A stretch of DNA of 64,000 bases from Mobula hypostoma (lineage: Eukaryota), in contig NC_086108.1 of NCBI RefSeq assembly GCF_963921235.1, positions 91,700,001 through 91,764,000 of the forward strand, given 5' to 3'. A program made the translations under genes and the position numbers. Positions 62,283 through 64,000 of this stretch are shown here, piece by piece. The first letter of the stretch is position 1. Each line of letters opens with the position of its first letter. Below the pieces are notes generated by a model, which worked only from the letters and a program-made list of their open reading frames with translations, made no database searches and was not told the origin of the DNA.

Positions 62283-62660
62283 TTTGGGTGACAGCGTGGA
62301 GATAGGTCTCTACCGGAGAAGGTGTAAGGCACCTCTTCCCTCTGCTAGCCTGAAGTTCACCTTTGAGCAAGGTGTGGTACCTGCTTAGCACCCCCTCCCC
62401 ACCCTGATCAAGGTCACTGAGCCATCTGAGCAGGTGGTGGATGGTCATACAAGCAGCTGGTGCGTATCACAGGTCCTGGTTACGCGACCACTGACGCCAG
62501 GGTATTGATAATAGCTGGGATCACCCATCTTGAAAAAGACACTGCCCAGAAGAAGGCAATAGCAGACCTCTTCTGTAAAAAATTTGCCAAGAAAATCATG
62601 GACGTGACAGATAGAAGGCCATGATCACCCATATCATACAACACAGCACATAATGATAGT
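62283..62660 (+). mobile_element. RTE-derived non-autonomous element (Bov-A/Sauria-like 3' module)
   Basis: AGAAGAAGGCAATAGCAGACCTCTTCTGT...TTGCCAAGAAAATCATGGAC resembles the RTE/Bov-A motif; TAATGATAGTGAT tail. Confidence 0.6.
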
Positions 62661-62939
62661 GATCTATTGGATATATTCATTGAGGATACTATAGATATGT
62701 TAATTTTACAGAAAGCTAAGTATAATAGATAAATTAAGTTCAGTCACTCTAGATCCAGATATGAGAGTTTTCTGCAAAATCTCATTTGCATTTGCTAACT
62801 GCTTGATCTTCCTTGAATCAACCTATGTGGTTGGAATTTATAATGTATTTTATCATTAAAATATTAGTTGACAAAGATTTATGATGTTGGTTTTATAGTT
62901 GAAAATGGGATTAACACAAAACTATTTTTGGTAGCTTAA

Positions 62940-63556
62940 GTAGAAACTGCTAGAAGCATCCAATAAAGTTAACTTTCCAGGTCCAGAAGCTGAAAAAGAG
63001 AGAAAATAAGTTAGTTTTCAATAACGGAGAAGGTGCGGAAGGGTCAATTAGAACTAAAGGAATATCTCTTCTGGGTAAATTGAAATGGATTAATGAAGGC
63101 ACTTACCAACACTTCCTCTGTGCAATGTATTGTAAAGTTTGAGGGACTTGGTTAGCACATTAGTCTATGTGAATCAAATAAAGAAAACTCAGCAAAAATA
63201 ATGGCAGGCAGGATTAGCCAATTCCAATACAGGTGAAAGAAAAGATAAGGTTCCTAAAGGTGCAGAATTCAGTATTGAACCTGGAAGACTTCAGTGCATC
63301 CAACAGGAAATAAGGGGTTTACACTGGAACTTGTTGTAACAGGTTAAGAGGCCACAGACAGAAATGTCAGAGTGGGAGTGGGGTGGTGAATCAGACTTGC
63401 TGATAATTGGATGTTCAGGGTCCTTCCGGCAGACTGAACATGGAAAACAATCATCTAGTCTCTGTTTGGAATCTCTAATGTTGAAGCCACCACATTTGCG
63501 AGCACCAGATGCAAATCTCTAGATTGGAAAAAGTGTAAATGAATTACTACTTCACT
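62940..63556 (-). mobile_element. Ancient Penelope-like remnant (GIY-YIG region about 63265-63556)
   Basis: Diverged collinear homology to 14970-15240 and 53280-53580. Confidence 0.55.
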
Positions 63557-63586
63557 ATTTGAGAAAAAGTGGTGGATGTTAGTACA

Positions 63587-64000
63587 GTCCATAAGATATA
63601 GGAGCAGAATTAGGCCATTCAGCCGATCGAATCTGCTCCACCATTCCAACATGGTTAATCCCAGATCCCATGCAACCCCATACACCTGTATATCCTTTGA
63701 TGCCCTGACTGATCAGGAACTATCAACCTCTGTCTTAAATATACCCATGGACTTGGCCTCCACTGCAGTCTGTGGCAGAGCCTTTCCACATATTCACCAC
63801 TCTGTGGCTAAAAAAATTCCTCCTTACCTCCGTTCTAAAGGGTTGCCCCTCAATTTTGAGGCTGTGCCCTCTAGTTCTGGATACCCCCACCACAGGAAGC
63901 ATCCTCCCCACATCTATCTAGTTCTTTCAATATTTGGTAGGTTTCAATGAGATCCCTGGCATTCCTCTAAATTCCAGTGAATATAGGCCCAAAGCTGCCA
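63587..64000 (-). mobile_element. CR1 LINE 3' end (runs off window)
   Basis: CCATAAGATATAGGAGCAGAATTAGGCC tail; homologous to 2451-2880. Confidence 0.9.

Noticed and set aside
1..64000. Supplied ORFs as host genes or a prokaryotic operon/defence system
   Set aside because: All ORFs are 261 aa or shorter and map to fragmented LINE, Penelope or Tc1 coding sequence, their antisense strands, or AT-rich non-coding DNA. There is no operon structure and no recognisable cellular protein.

Overview
Vertebrate nuclear DNA. The repeat content (HER1-like CR1 LINEs, V-SINEs, Deu-type SINE remnants, Neptune-type Penelope elements) points to a cartilaginous fish, probably a ray; this is inference, not a database match. 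No host protein-coding gene, rRNA, tRNA gene or CRISPR array is recognisable, so the window looks intronic or intergenic. Roughly half or more is nested transposon debris: CR1, Rex1/Babar, L2, L1 and RTE LINEs, SINEs, Tc1 and hAT derivatives. Almost every supplied ORF is a TE fragment or its antisense shadow. The most interesting system is about 20 Penelope-like (GIY-YIG) pseudo-LTR pieces. Many carry a minimal hammerhead ribozyme motif, with one fully intact copy at 1411-1446 (-). Several occur as 135-250 bp fold-back mini-insertions with 12-14 bp target-site duplications (TSDs), consistently asymmetric ends and a different central junction each time. Also notable: a three-copy non-coding retroposon of about 620-690 bp with a YY1-type head, a 3' stem-loop and a (TAATC)n tail; an orphan hairpin of about 110 nt; and an old templated local duplication. 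Boundaries of old repeats are approximate and family names come from motif recognition by eye.
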